Assembly (NCBI RefSeq): GCF_041146345.1
Contig: NW_027191413.1
Coordinates: 930,001 to 994,000 of the forward strand
DNA: 64,000 nt
Direction of reading: 5' to 3'
Origin: Neodothiora populina
Taxonomy: Eukaryota
Both the position numbers and the translations under genes were made by a program. Positions 1 to 11,839 of the stretch are shown here, in pieces. Each line of letters opens with the position of its first letter. Position 1 is the stretch's first letter. The notes under the pieces were generated by a model that saw nothing but the letters and a program-made list of their open reading frames with translations, was not told where the DNA came from and ran no database searches.

Positions 1-766
1 ATCCTTTGTCGAGCGAATTGCCAGTCAGCGAACGCCTGCTTTGACACAGCAGTATCCTTATCCTTGAGAGAGGTGAAACAATCTAGTACTTCACCTGCTT
101 GACCCTGCCTGAGATACAGCTGGGTCAAGAAGCGGAGATCACCTGCGGTGTCGATACTGGTCTGCTTCATGATCCGGAATGCAAGCATGCGGTTCATGTC
201 AGCCACCCTCGAATCAGCCTCTGCTTCTGCCAGCATCTGCTGTACAGCAATATGAGCCAGCTTCCAGCCTCTATTGTTTGGGTCCCCTTTCTTCAATGCT
301 ACCAGGGCCTAGTCATTCCGTTAATATTCAAGACCTCTCAATACAATAGGTCTATACTCACTGTGCCGGCGTCCGACCACCTCTGTTCGATAACTGCGGA
401 CAAGAACCTCTGGTGACTGATAGACATGGCCGCCTTCTTCCCAGCAAAACCCGTGGCATTGGTCCATAGTTTTGCCGCCCTAGGTCCATTACTCAGCGGT
501 CGTGGATACACGTCTGAAGACACAGACGTGGCAAGCTCATCCAGGTTCTTCAGTAGGTTCAGATCAGTAATAGGAGGGCTTTTCTGGGCAAGCTGATCCA
601 AGATTTTGTTCGCCTCGTCGGGTTGTCCCAGGCCAATGAGGAAACTGGCTTTGAAGTAGAGCAAGCGGGCATCTGAAGGTGATTTTTTCAAGGACTTGTT
701 ACATCGGTCCAGACCGATTTTGTATCTCCCTGACTGTAAGAAGTCTAGCAGTTCTATAGATGCCAT
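1..766 (-). CDS. MDM20: NatB N-acetyltransferase auxiliary subunit (MDM20/NAA25-like), 5' part; continues beyond the window start
   Basis: ATG at 766. TPR-like N-terminus (LDFLQSGRYKIGLDRCNKSLKKSP..LLYFKASFLIGLGQPDEA..LWTNA) recognised from memory as NAA25-like. GT-AG intron 361..309, then the frame continues ALVALKKGDPNNRGWKLAHIAVQQML. Confidence 0.65.
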
Positions 767-1337
767 TTTTGGGGGGTGCAGATGGCGAAACCGGGTGTCC
801 AGTGGACCCAATGAAAATCTATCCCCTGGTATAAAGCCGCCACTAATCCTTGGATATTCCGTACAAGTGGCCGTAATAACAGACTCGTCTTGCTATCGCT
901 AAGAGAAGTGCACCGTTCCACACGTGATGTTCGCGACAGTAGTAGACTATATTGTTGCGCCCGAATAAATATATTGAATTGACGCAGAATGTCGGAGTTG
1001 TCCAATCAGATCATGGCAGCGCGTTTGTGAAAGTCGGCTGGCCTGTCGAGCGCGGGCCGAAATCCCGGACAACGCTAGTTCCTACCACCTGCATCCCTCT
1101 CAATCTACTATCCTACCAAGAGTATACAACTATGCAAATGGTACTCGGTCGTGCCCTTCGTTGCATCCGTATCGAGCGATCCGAAAGATGGCACAGACGT
1201 GATAGCGTATACACAGAAAACATCCGCCTATAATAAGTCAAGATCGAGAATGCAGTAGTTATACCGTAGATGTATAGGCTGAACGGAGCGGACGACCATT
1301 GCAGCTTCACGGCAGCTGCCTGGACAAGTATCACTAT

Positions 1338-2382
1338 CTAGAGCATGGACCTGCCCCATCCCGGCCTACTCAGCCACCGAGAGACTTCGTCAATTCCAGA
1401 CTGGATATCGCTAACCGTAAGACCTGGTGCGTTCGGTGGCCCAGGATTGTTGTGCAAAGGCACCTTCCTCCGGTGATTCTTGCCCACCTCCAAGATTGTT
1501 CCTCCAGGCAAATCCTCATCCACGATGCATGCGAGCATTGCCTCTGCAACTTCCTCTGGCGTGGCCCACTCATCTTGAGAATCATCGAACAATTTGCTCT
1601 TCTCGGGATGGTCGGTCCACAGAGGAGTTTTGATAATCCCCGGTGCCACTCCGTTCACTCTGATGCCCAACCTTTCCTCTAAAGACGCAAGCGAGTAGAC
1701 AAACCCACTGATTGCATGCTTGCTCGCGTAGTACAAGGGAGTAGGTAAGCCGGCGTTCTGACCCGCAATGCTGCTAACATGGACGATCCACTTTGGGTGC
1801 GTACGGGTGACCTTGGCTCCCCTAGACGGGGACAGAAAGTACGCAATAGCCATCTGCGTTGTGCGGATCGGGTGCGTAATATTGATGTCTAGCAAAGCAT
1901 AGCGACTCTCGCTTGTCTGATCCCTCGACGCTTCGCTGCCCGGCGGGTGCCAGAAATTGCTCCAGTGAGGCTCGAAGATACCTGCTCCGGGGCAAACGAT
2001 GTCAACATCGCCGAACTCTTGGTCAGCTACTTCGAACATGGTCTGGAGCTGCTTCCAATCTGCGACATCTGTCTTAACATAGACGGCTCTGGGCTTGTTG
2101 CTGGCGATCTCCGAGTATTGCTCAATGAGACTTTGTGCTTCAGGCCGTAAGGATAGGTCTGCTAGCAAGACACTGCAACCACGAGAGAGCAATAGCCGTG
2201 CAAAGCAGTAGTTGATACCTGTTCGTCTTGCTTAGTAGGAGTTTACGAAGAGGAACTATGTGGTCAGAGACCTGATCCGGCACCAGTAACCTTGATATGT
2301 TAGCTGTGCATTGCATAGATCAGTGTTCAGGAGGAATTACTATAGCAGACTTTCCCTCGACTGGAAATGGTGCCACATCCAT
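1338..2382 (-). CDS. Short-chain dehydrogenase/reductase, 15-hydroxyprostaglandin dehydrogenase-like
   Basis: Spliced start MDVAPFPVEGKSAI|VTGAGS|GINYCFARLL. A 19-nt exon (2290..2272) carries the TGxxxG Rossmann motif. VHVSS and catalytic YYASK present; C-terminus RSML. Confidence 0.9.
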
Positions 2383-3215
2383 GCTAATGGTCAATGTGTG
2401 ATGAGATTATTGTACAGGACTTGAAAGTAGGGAATAAACTGTAGAAATGTAATTGACAGCAGCGCTCGACAGCGCCTCTAAATACAAGAGAATGGGTAAC
2501 CACAAGGAAAGAATGGCGAGCATGACATGTCACATATCTCGCATGAATGCTACACCGATAGCATACTGTACTCGGATAGTCGACTGTATAGAAGCGGGGA
2601 AACACAAGAGGCTCCATTATTCCCAAAATGACAAGTCTGCCGAAGAGGGCAAGCTGTGTACGTACACATCCTTGGGGACGCACCACAGATCGAGGTTGCT
2701 TACTGCTTGCTTGAGTGGGTAAGGATCAGGCGCTCGGTAGATTTTATCTGCAGGCCAGTATAGTCCATTCTACACGTAGTCGCAATGACATGAGCAAATG
2801 TCCAGCACGAAGTATTGATCACGAGTGCTATGCGTTCTTTTGCAATAGCTGGGGATTGGGTATGCGTCTGATACGCTTCCTTGCTACCCACTAATGCGTA
2901 CTTGACTGAAGTGAGAGAGTAGAGGGTATATTCGGGATCAGCCAGCAGCTTCTCTCTTTGAAACGAGAAGCGCACGAACCTGATCACCACGAAGAGCCAG
3001 ATATCTGACTCTGCAAGGATGCATTCACAGGCTAAGTGACCCAGTTGCGCAATACACAGTTCTGCAAGTGGTGATCGCAAGCGAGCCGGACTGCGCGGAG
3101 TCTGATATTGCATCCTCCAGATGTCCACATTTTCTGCTGTTGGTACAGCAATGCCGTTGATTGGAAAGTCAAGTGGAGGTGGCATGCCTCCTGCCATTCT
3201 GCCACCAAGGATGAC

Positions 3216-3645
3216 TCATGAGAACCAGCCTCCCTTGGCTCGCTTCTCAGCTTTCATTTGTGCCATCTTCGAAATGAGTCAGTTGAAATTATCAAAAGTC
3301 CAAGTGAGGGTGAATTTATTTACCCATTGCTTCTTGCATTCTTTGTATGCGCTGCATGATATCATTTAGGTATAGCCCCGGCAGTTTCGAGATAGAAGTA
3401 GGATACTGACTCAAAGTAATCTGTACACATATCTCTCGCACCTCCATTCCTTCGTAGGCACTTCAAACTTCTATCGGCAGCCTCCTGACAAGGGTCGAAG
3501 TATTCACTATATTGCTTGCTGATAGATCGTCAAACCGATGACCTTTACGGGGGTGATGAGAACGTTATCGGATGTCGACGGACCTGTTGAATTTGGCGGC
3601 GGACTTCTCCCATGCCTTTGTTCCTTCATCTGATGGTGCAGGCAT
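3216..3645 (-). CDS. COX23: Cytochrome c oxidase assembly factor COX23 (twin CX9C), 82 aa, 4 exons
   Basis: Exons 3645-3584, 3518-3411, 3351-3324 and 3266-3216 with GT-AG introns give [82 protein letters not shown]. Two exact CX9C motifs and the YFDPCQE..CL.RN signature. Confidence 0.93.
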
Positions 3646-3788
3646 GATCTCGGACAGATAATCTATCAACTACCCTCAAGAAATGTCGGTATAAAATATG
3701 ATGGAGTGTCAATACTTACTGGCGCCACCTCGCTATCGTCCACAAAGTTGGCACCGGGCCGTGCACAAATTCGGTCGGAGTTTATCCG

Positions 3789-3793
3789 ATTGG
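3789..3793 (-). promoter_or_regulatory. CCAAT box about 145 bp upstream of COX23
   Basis: ATTGG on the + strand. The CCAAT-binding (Hap) complex is a known regulator of respiratory genes, but a single 5-mer is weak evidence. Confidence 0.3.
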
Positions 3794-3803
3794 CTATAGA
3801 CAC

Positions 3804-3835
3804 TACCTTACCTTACCTTACCTTATACTACAGTA
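3804..3835. repeat. (CCTTA)4 tandem followed by TACAGTA
   Basis: TACCTTACCTTACCTTACCTTATACTACAGTA read directly. Confidence 0.9.
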
Positions 3836-5206
3836 TATCTTAGGCTTATAAAGAATAAGCAAGACATTGATCCTTACAACATAGTTGCTCGGTTTTATCA
3901 AGTTCAGCACATCTCCAGTGCGAATGGTCAGCATGGCGGTGAGAAGCTGAAGATATACTCCAAGGGAAGCTGCGCTGTCCGCTGCTGGACTATGATAGTC
4001 TGCATGCACATGTTGCGGTTCACAGATAAGCTTACGGTTGAAGGCGGTTAACATCGCAATTATGTTTGCCTTATCAGTCAATGTTTCCTATCTAGTGCCG
4101 GAGTATCAACTGTAAGGTCCATGGAGAGCGTGTTTGCATCAGAGATAACAATGAGTGATGTCGTCCTCTTGGTATGGACCAAGTGGTCAAGTCAGACAGC
4201 TATAAGCACTGTGCCCTTATGCCAGAAAATGTAAACCTTGCCTCGTGTCGATGTACAAGACACGACATGAGGTAGGCTGGCTTCTGGAATATCTTATTGC
4301 TATCTGCCCTATTGATCAACATATGTGAATGTGTTGGAAAGCGAAGAAGTTGTGGGGGCTATACTCCGCGATCTGCAGGGTTTCGGAAAGCTGGGGGATT
4401 ATCTGACGCTATGCCCAATATGGAGATAAAGTCCATTCACTTTTCACCTACGAAGGTGTCTGTACCTTATTCTTGAACAATTCGCCGTGGAACGTGTCAG
4501 TACTCATCCAGTATAAGGCGAATTGAGTCAATTCAATGCAAAAGCTCTACAATGATGCTCGTTCTGCATTTCCTTGACAACAATTAACCTGCTTGCTTCA
4601 CAGAGGCATGCAAAAGGTCTGGTTAACATGTCGTCGCACTCATCATCATGATGCATCTGAAGGTCGCAAACGATCCGTCTAATCCCGAAGTAGACATAAA
4701 ATCCATAGCCCCATGGTGAGTTGATAACAGATCTGAAAGTCCCCACTTGTCGTTAGATAGTTTATTCTTTTCTCGTCAAACGAGCCAATCACGAAAGTAC
4801 AAGGTGGCTATTCAAGATAAGGTGTCGCCTACGTGGTAATGCATTCGTACGCTTCCTCAAAGTTGGTCAATTCCAGAAGCGCCGAACAGGTAGAGCTGGC
4901 CGATTGACTCGCAAATCGTCGCAAATGATGCTGCCAAGTGAGCAACCGGAAATCAGACGGTGGTGATCCAGGGACTGGGTACTCCAGACAAGGGTGGCAC
5001 AGTCTCTCGTATCTGACCTCCCAGATTGGTGACAACTCACTTGCCTGCTGGTGCTGGTGCTGAAGGTCCATTGATAAATAAGAAGACATTCCTCACACAA
5101 AACACACTTCTCTTGAATCCAATTTCACTGGTCTTCATCTCCATCGTGTTCATCATTGTAGTCTTAATCTTCCAATTCATTCAATCATATCCAGAAGATC
5201 TTCGTC

Positions 5207-6469
5207 ATGGCATCAGCAGACGTCCTTGCACAGCCTGGGATGCCCAAGGCAACATTCGAGCCTATCGTTCAGGCAACGTCAGCAAAGCGGAAAGCGGTCG
5301 ATGCAGATTTCGACCCGAAGACACATATCCAATTCAAGCCTCCTCCAGAGATCATCAAGATGACAGATCTTGGATTTAGTGAGGATACAGGTGTATCTCC
5401 AGTAGCTGTTTCCCAGCCGTTTCAGTTGTTTTCTCAAGAAGCCGTTCATCAGATGCGAGATGAAGTCATGAACCCGCAAGTGATGAAAGAATGTCGCTTC
5501 CAGAGCAACATTGCAGCGTGTCAGATCCGAGGACATGCTCCCAAGTAAGCACGCAGAAGCCAGTGGTGATTGACGGTCGTATATTGACATGCGATAGGTA
5601 TGCACCGTTCACCTATGATGCATGGACGCATCCAGAGACGCTCTCAATCATCTCAAAGGTTGCTGGAGTCGATCTTGTGCCGGTGATGAACTACGAGATT
5701 GGCCATATCAACTTCTCAGTCAAGTCCGAGAAGGAGACGCAAGAGGAAGTGGCAGCAATCAACCGCGAGAAAGAAGGCTACGAGAATGACGAGGGCATTG
5801 CCGGATGTCCTTGGGAGGATGAATCCCCAGTGGTTGGGTGGCACACTGACAGTTATCCCTTCGTCTGTGTCCTCATGCTTAGTGATTGCACAAACATGGT
5901 GGGAGGCGAGACCGCGCTGCGAAGTCCGAAAGGCGACGTGTTGAAAGTCCGAGGACCGGAGATGGTACGTGTCGTGATCCCGAACAAGGGACCAGTAGGA
6001 GAAGCGAACTAACAAGCCATAGGGTTGCGCCGTCATCCTGCAGGGCAGATATATCACTCACCAGGCTCTCCGTGCTCTCGGTGCTCAAGAACGTATCACC
6101 AGCGTCACGTCTTTTCGCCCTCGCTCGCCTTACGTCAAGGACGATACTGTCTTGACAACAGTTAGACCTGTTTCCGATCTGCCGCAATTATACTATTCGT
6201 TCGGCGAGTACCGCCTCGCAATGTTGGAAGAGCGTCTGCGCGCCCAGCTGAAGGTGATGAGGGAAGACAATGCGGCGGGCAAGAAGCTCGACACAAAATC
6301 CTTCAAGAAGTTCCTGGCCGAGCAGCAACATCACCTAGAGCGTACTAACGAAGAAATTGTTGCGTACGAGGACGTCCAAGTCGGATACGTTGACGAGATG
6401 CAAATTCCAAATGCATCAGAGATAGACAAGGAGACCCAAAGAGCGGCCAAGAAAGCGAGAGCAGAGTAG
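5207..6469 (+). CDS. Uncharacterised Fe(II)/2-oxoglutarate-dependent dioxygenase-like protein
   Basis: Exons 5207-5544, 5598-5964 and 6023-6469. Facial triad WHTD...THQ, GGET strand and ERITS arginine typical of the DSBH 2OG oxygenase fold. Confidence 0.8.
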
Positions 6470-7860
6470 CTCGAGATATGGGGTTCATTCTTTGGTAAAG
6501 AACTGAGTGGTGAGGAATAGCGGCAGTCCCGCGTTCGAGCAACTCCGCTCTGCTTCTGTCCGTTTCCTGAGCCTTTGAGACGACATTATGACGACATTAT
6601 GACCTTTTGGATATCGCGGAAAACGCGATAGGCATGCCTTATATGCTGGTCCGATATGATGGCCCGTATGAGGTGTGTGCGAATAGGTAGCCAGCTCGGG
6701 ATCAGCTGCTCCATATAGAATATGAATAGAATTATTATCAAGTATAAACCGTCCGGATCAATGGTTCAATGGTATTATCACATCATATGTCGCGTAAGGC
6801 TAGTAGTCCTGATAGAGCGGTGTATAAGTTGCTGCGTGGGGTATGATCCTTGTAAGAACGATGTCTGGGGCCTAGGGTGTATCAGGTTGGGTTCAGCTAT
6901 TCACTGGCGAGGAGTGCGGACATGATGAGCCACCGAGTCTGCACAAGACCGTGGAAGTAGCAAGCATCTGAAGAGGTAGGTCGAGGTCTGCTGAGACAGT
7001 ACAAGCATCTGGAAGAATAGAGATCGCAACAAGCCATGTGTCTTGGCATTGCGTGCTCATGAGGTAGGTGACTGTGTCAGGGACGAGGATGGAAGGTCGG
7101 ATCTCTGGTAGTGGAGTACAGTACAAGTAACTCATGAGGGGTCCAAGAGCGCGGGCATCAAATCAATCTACAAGTAAGGTACGGAGACAGTAATTACCAC
7201 CTTGAGTTACCTTAGTTAGCAGGCGCGAATGAACGGGCCACAGCCGGTGGCTTTTCCCCACAAGTCGCGAGTTCTCACTGAAGATTCATGAGCGCCTAGG
7301 TTTATCATCATCATCCATTGTTAATCTCCGTAAAAGACTGTGTGTACATTATCTGCTTTTCGATATAATCAAAGTAGCATAAGCCGAAAGTACAGTCGCA
7401 TACAGTCTAGGTCTTGAGTACTTCTGCGACTGTGAACATTACGAGATATACTGCCTCACCACTAAAATCTGCGTCGATAATTGGAGCTGGATTATTTTCT
7501 TGCTTGTCTAGGAAGGAACCCTTTGCTGTGGAGGCACCTTCAGACCGTCCCTTTGTTCCACATCAAACCTTTGGGACAACCCCTGCAACTGGTCTCGTCA
7601 AGAAAGACACTGGCAGGGACACATCGACGAAGTAATCACATGATCGTATAACCCGTACCACACACATCACATCCCCATCTCGGAAAGAAAGAACAGACCA
7701 AGGAGCAGATACTTGGTTGCGCCTATCGACATACCTCTCTGTTGTGCCGCTACACCACTAAATCCCGAACATCCACGCGTCGCCACACTATTCGTAGATC
7801 AACCCTACCACTGCCGGCTTCACCTCACCCCACTGTATTAAGACCCATCGCTGCCACTAT

Positions 7861-9643
7861 ATGCCAGCCAGGAAGAGGTCGCACGAGGACGCCGAAGAAG
7901 GTGCGCGGAAGAAGGCCAAGCGCACCAATACCTTCGGACCGGACACCAGCTTCAGCGAAAGTGAATACCCTAGCGAAGCAGACTCTAGGGACGACTATCC
8001 ACTTGCCGATAGTACTTACCCCTCCGGCCTACGAGGTGCCTCTGTCGATATGCCTGCTGCCACTGCTGGTCGAGATAACAACAGTGAGGCGCACAAGGTC
8101 AGTGCATCCGGTCTCCTCTATATTTTCATGTTACTAACTGATCATGCATGTACAGACTCTTCAACTCCTCCACGCAGATCTTGAGAACCTCAGAAGCCTC
8201 GTCACTTGCAAGATCTGCGAAAGACTATTATATGAACCATATGTGCTGTCTTGCGGGCACACGTATTGCTACTCATGTCTATGTACCTGGTTCCAAGGCA
8301 AGCACAAAAAGACGTGTCCCAACTGCAGAGATGTCATCCGTCAGGTGCCTGCCCCGTCATATGTCATCAAGGAGATGACTTCTGTTTTCATCGCCCGAGC
8401 CGAGCTCTTACCTGACGGTGAGACTCTCGACCAACATGCAGATTGGCAAAAAGAAGAAGGGGAGATTGTCCAGAATGACAAGAACAACGATGATCCACAC
8501 AGGGGCGGCCTTTTCCGGGGTTGCTTCAGCAAAATCAGCCACAGTGCTGGACCCATCATTGACACCGAAGACGGCGTTGAGAGATGTCCAGGCTGCGGCT
8601 GGGAGATCGAGGATGGCGAGTGTCCGCGATGCGGCTACCATTTCGATGGCGATTTCCACATCGGGAGTGCAGACGAGATCAGCGACGATGTCTCGGACGA
8701 GCTCGATGAGGATGACATTGACCACGATGATTTCGATGCCGATGTTGATGCTGCTGCTGAGTTCGAGGCAAACGCCGCAGCCTATAACGCTGGTCTGCAA
8801 CATGGGGCTCCCAATTTTGGCAGACTCCAACAGTTCCGGCAACGCTTTGGTCGACCGTTCAGAGAGGAATGGAGGTTTGAGGTCGAGGATGATGACGAGG
8901 AAGAGGAAGAAGATGAAGAAGAAGAAGAAGCAGAGGACAGTGAAGATGACGACAACTCCCTGGCTGATTTCATTGATGATATGGATCATCGGTCTGGTGA
9001 GGTAGAACAGGACTCCGGGTCTGTGCACGTCCTCAGCTCTGACGACGAGCAACCCAGCAGCAGGCCGATGTCACGCTTCCCGAATCGCCCTCTCCGGCGC
9101 CCAGGCCCATCGTGGACTTCCAGACGGCGTGTGGTGGACGAATCGGATGAGGAAGAAGATGATATCACTGATCTCAATACTCTTCCTGATCCCGAAGACG
9201 CTCAAGGTCATAATGAGGACAACGGAGCCTACCGCATTCGGTGGCAAGTACCTTCTCTCGGGCCCCGGTCTTCACCTGAAGAATCCGAGGACGACGACGA
9301 CGACAACATAGAAGTACTTTCCCACCCACGACCCAACAGACATAACCGACCTATCACAATAGTGGATAGCGACGATGAAGAATTAGATGACACTGAAGAC
9401 GAAGACCACAATCACGACGCAAGCTCACGTTCGACGAGGGTTGACGAAAGTCAAGCAGACGATTCAAGTATGCGGAATTTCAGCGATGACGCTGTGGAGG
9501 GCGGTGAAGACGAGGAAGTTGGAGAGCACTACAGTTTCTCGCCTATGCAACCTGATATGGATGGGACAATTTTCAATGATGGCTATGACGATGACGACGA
9601 CGTGAACGAAGCAGACGACGATGGACAATGGAGCTCAGCCTGA
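7861..9643 (+). CDS. RING-finger E3 ubiquitin ligase, Psh1-like
   Basis: Intron 8098..8155. C3HC4 RING (CKIC..CGHTYCYSC..CPNC), second CxxC-CxxC knuckle (CPGC..CPRC), long acidic tail, basic N-terminal NLS. Confidence 0.8.
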
Positions 9644-10227
9644 GCGTCCCTTTTCGTTGCGACTACCACTCGATACATTTTTTCATAGATTGATCTACAG
9701 GTCGGAGCAACATCCTGCGAGTGCAAAATCCGTCCTCGCCTTGCTCAAATCGTACAGTTGACTCTGTCCTCGATTTCTGCTCCCCGGTGCGCTGAAGCAG
9801 TTCGACATGCGTCCTATCCCTCAGTATGTGTTCTGCTCGTGTCCTGCGAGGCAGTACTGTATGTCATCAGAAACTTAATGTTATGCAAGCACAGTACGAA
9901 GGAGCTGGTTCTCAGTCGTTCATCATTCATCGGGCGGTCATCGACCAATCATCAAGGTAGGGAGTCATTGACCATCTTCAAGTATGGGGTAAAACAAAAT
10001 AAATCTCCACAGCTCCAACCTTAAGGGCCCGTCTCTCCAACTCTTACCCCAGGTTCGTCACGCTGAACCTCGGCTGATAAACAACTGTGACTACATCATC
10101 TTGTGCTTGATGTACAGTATAACACTGTCGGTAGAATAACCACACATGTGCTTCAGTGATTCTTAAAAAGCGAACATTGTATACTTCTTGTCACGAAATA
10201 TCATTATCTCGTAGACACCGAGGCGAG

Positions 10228-11499
10228 ATGGCAGTACCTAAGTTGACAGTATATCTCGACATCGTCAGTCCATTTGCGTACCTGGCGTTTTACATGACAA
10301 AAGTGAGTGACGTCGGCGCGCGTGTCTAAAGCATTAATAGCCAGCATACAAGCACATGATGTAGAGAAAGCAGAGTCGAGACATGAGAGCCATAAGGAAC
10401 ACGTCGGGTACCCTTGCGACGAAAGAGTGGATCCAGAGAACTGACCATATATCTTCTACGCAAACAGAATGCCAGGATATTCAAAGACTGCGACGTCAGC
10501 TACGTGCCTATCTTCCTCGGCGGAGTGATGAAAGCATGTAACAATATCCCTCCTATCGAAATAAAGAGTCAGTACAATTCCAGCCTTTTCTCCATCGTTG
10601 GACCTCCCTCACAAGCACAACCTCCGCGCACAAAGCATCGAGTTTCCTCGCGTATCTAGTGAAACTTGCTGTCCAGGCTTGATCAGTAGACTAGAACTGA
10701 CGCATGTGCGAAACAGACAAGGGCAAATGGATCGGACTGGACAGACTCCGCTGGTCACGCTATTGCAACATTCCGATGCGAGAACAGATGCCGGATGGGT
10801 TTCCACCCTTGACTTTACAGGTACGTCACACCCTTCTCCTCCATGTCTCTACCAAAGCTGCTCGCCACTACCATGCTTGTCCAACAGCACTATGCCCCAT
10901 CTTCTGACAGTCATGTCCAGATCATGCGCGTCCTCTGCGCCGTCCAGATAGCCCACCCTCAGAAACTGACCGAGGCGTTCGACAAATTGTACGAAGGCAT
11001 GTGGGTGCACGGAAACGCAGTCCACAAGCCCGAGGTCTTCTCGGGCGTGCTCGCCGAGGTCTTGGGCTCCGTGGAGAGTAAGGCTGTTATTGCAAAGGTA
11101 AACTCACCCATCAGAGATCGATCGTCCCTCTACCTTTGGCGGAGACTCGTATCTCATCTGGATGGGCGATCGGGTTGACAATGTGCTAATATGTGAGGTT
11201 TCGATGCACAGGCGGGAGAAAAAGAAGTCAAAGACCTCCTCCTCCGTAAAACCGATGCCTGTCTCGCCGAAGGCGCATTCGGACTACCGTGGTTCTCCGG
11301 TAAGTGATTTATCTTTCCCTCAGTCCATTGCTCTGTCCCCTCACTCTCTACATTTAGACATATACTGACCCAGACTTTCACAGCTACTAATGCACAGGGT
11401 CAAAAAGAGTGTTTCTGGGGCTTCGATCACCTCGGTCAGGTCATTGAGCATCTGGGTCTTGATCGGTCCAAGGCGCCTGAGTTCAAGGCTATGTTGTGA
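10228..11499 (+). CDS. Glutathione S-transferase kappa / 2-hydroxychromene-2-carboxylate isomerase (DsbA-like family), 6 exons
   Basis: MAVPKLTVYLDIVSPFAYLAF...YVPIFLGGVMKACNN.PP...GAFGLPWF...FWGFDHL...KAML. Five GT-AG introns. Confidence 0.9.
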
Positions 11500-11839
11500 G
11501 AAGATTACTCCTTGGCGAGCGACACCGGTCATGACTTTCCGGTGGGATTTCTGTGGTGTGTATAGTTGGTGCTTTTCCTTTCTTACCTTGTTGGATGATA
11601 CACACGTGATTTGTATAGTAGACATAGTGCTTGCTCGCTTATATACTCTATGCTACTCTTATCGTCACGCATATGTGCACGTGTCATGGGATGGGCGCGT
11701 GAGACAGATACAGATATATGTTGTTATGATGTGGAGCTGATTCGCTACTATTAGCTGCCGAAATGGTAAGCATTTTCTGGGAAAAGAAAAGAAAAAAGGC
11801 GAAGAAGGGACAAGAGCTCACCACTCATTCGACTCGGTC

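Larger units (their letters stand above)
3656..5077. promoter_or_regulatory. Cluster of HGATAR (GATA-factor) sites in the divergent COX23/dioxygenase intergenic region
   Basis: About 16 sites counted by eye in 1.4 kb; coordinates listed in the findings. Confidence 0.5.

Noticed and set aside
6922..6994. Box C/D snoRNA candidate (ATGATGA ... CTGA ... CTGA)
   Set aside because: No terminal stem, and only about 7-8 nt of complementarity to the 18S 5' region, below a credible guide length.
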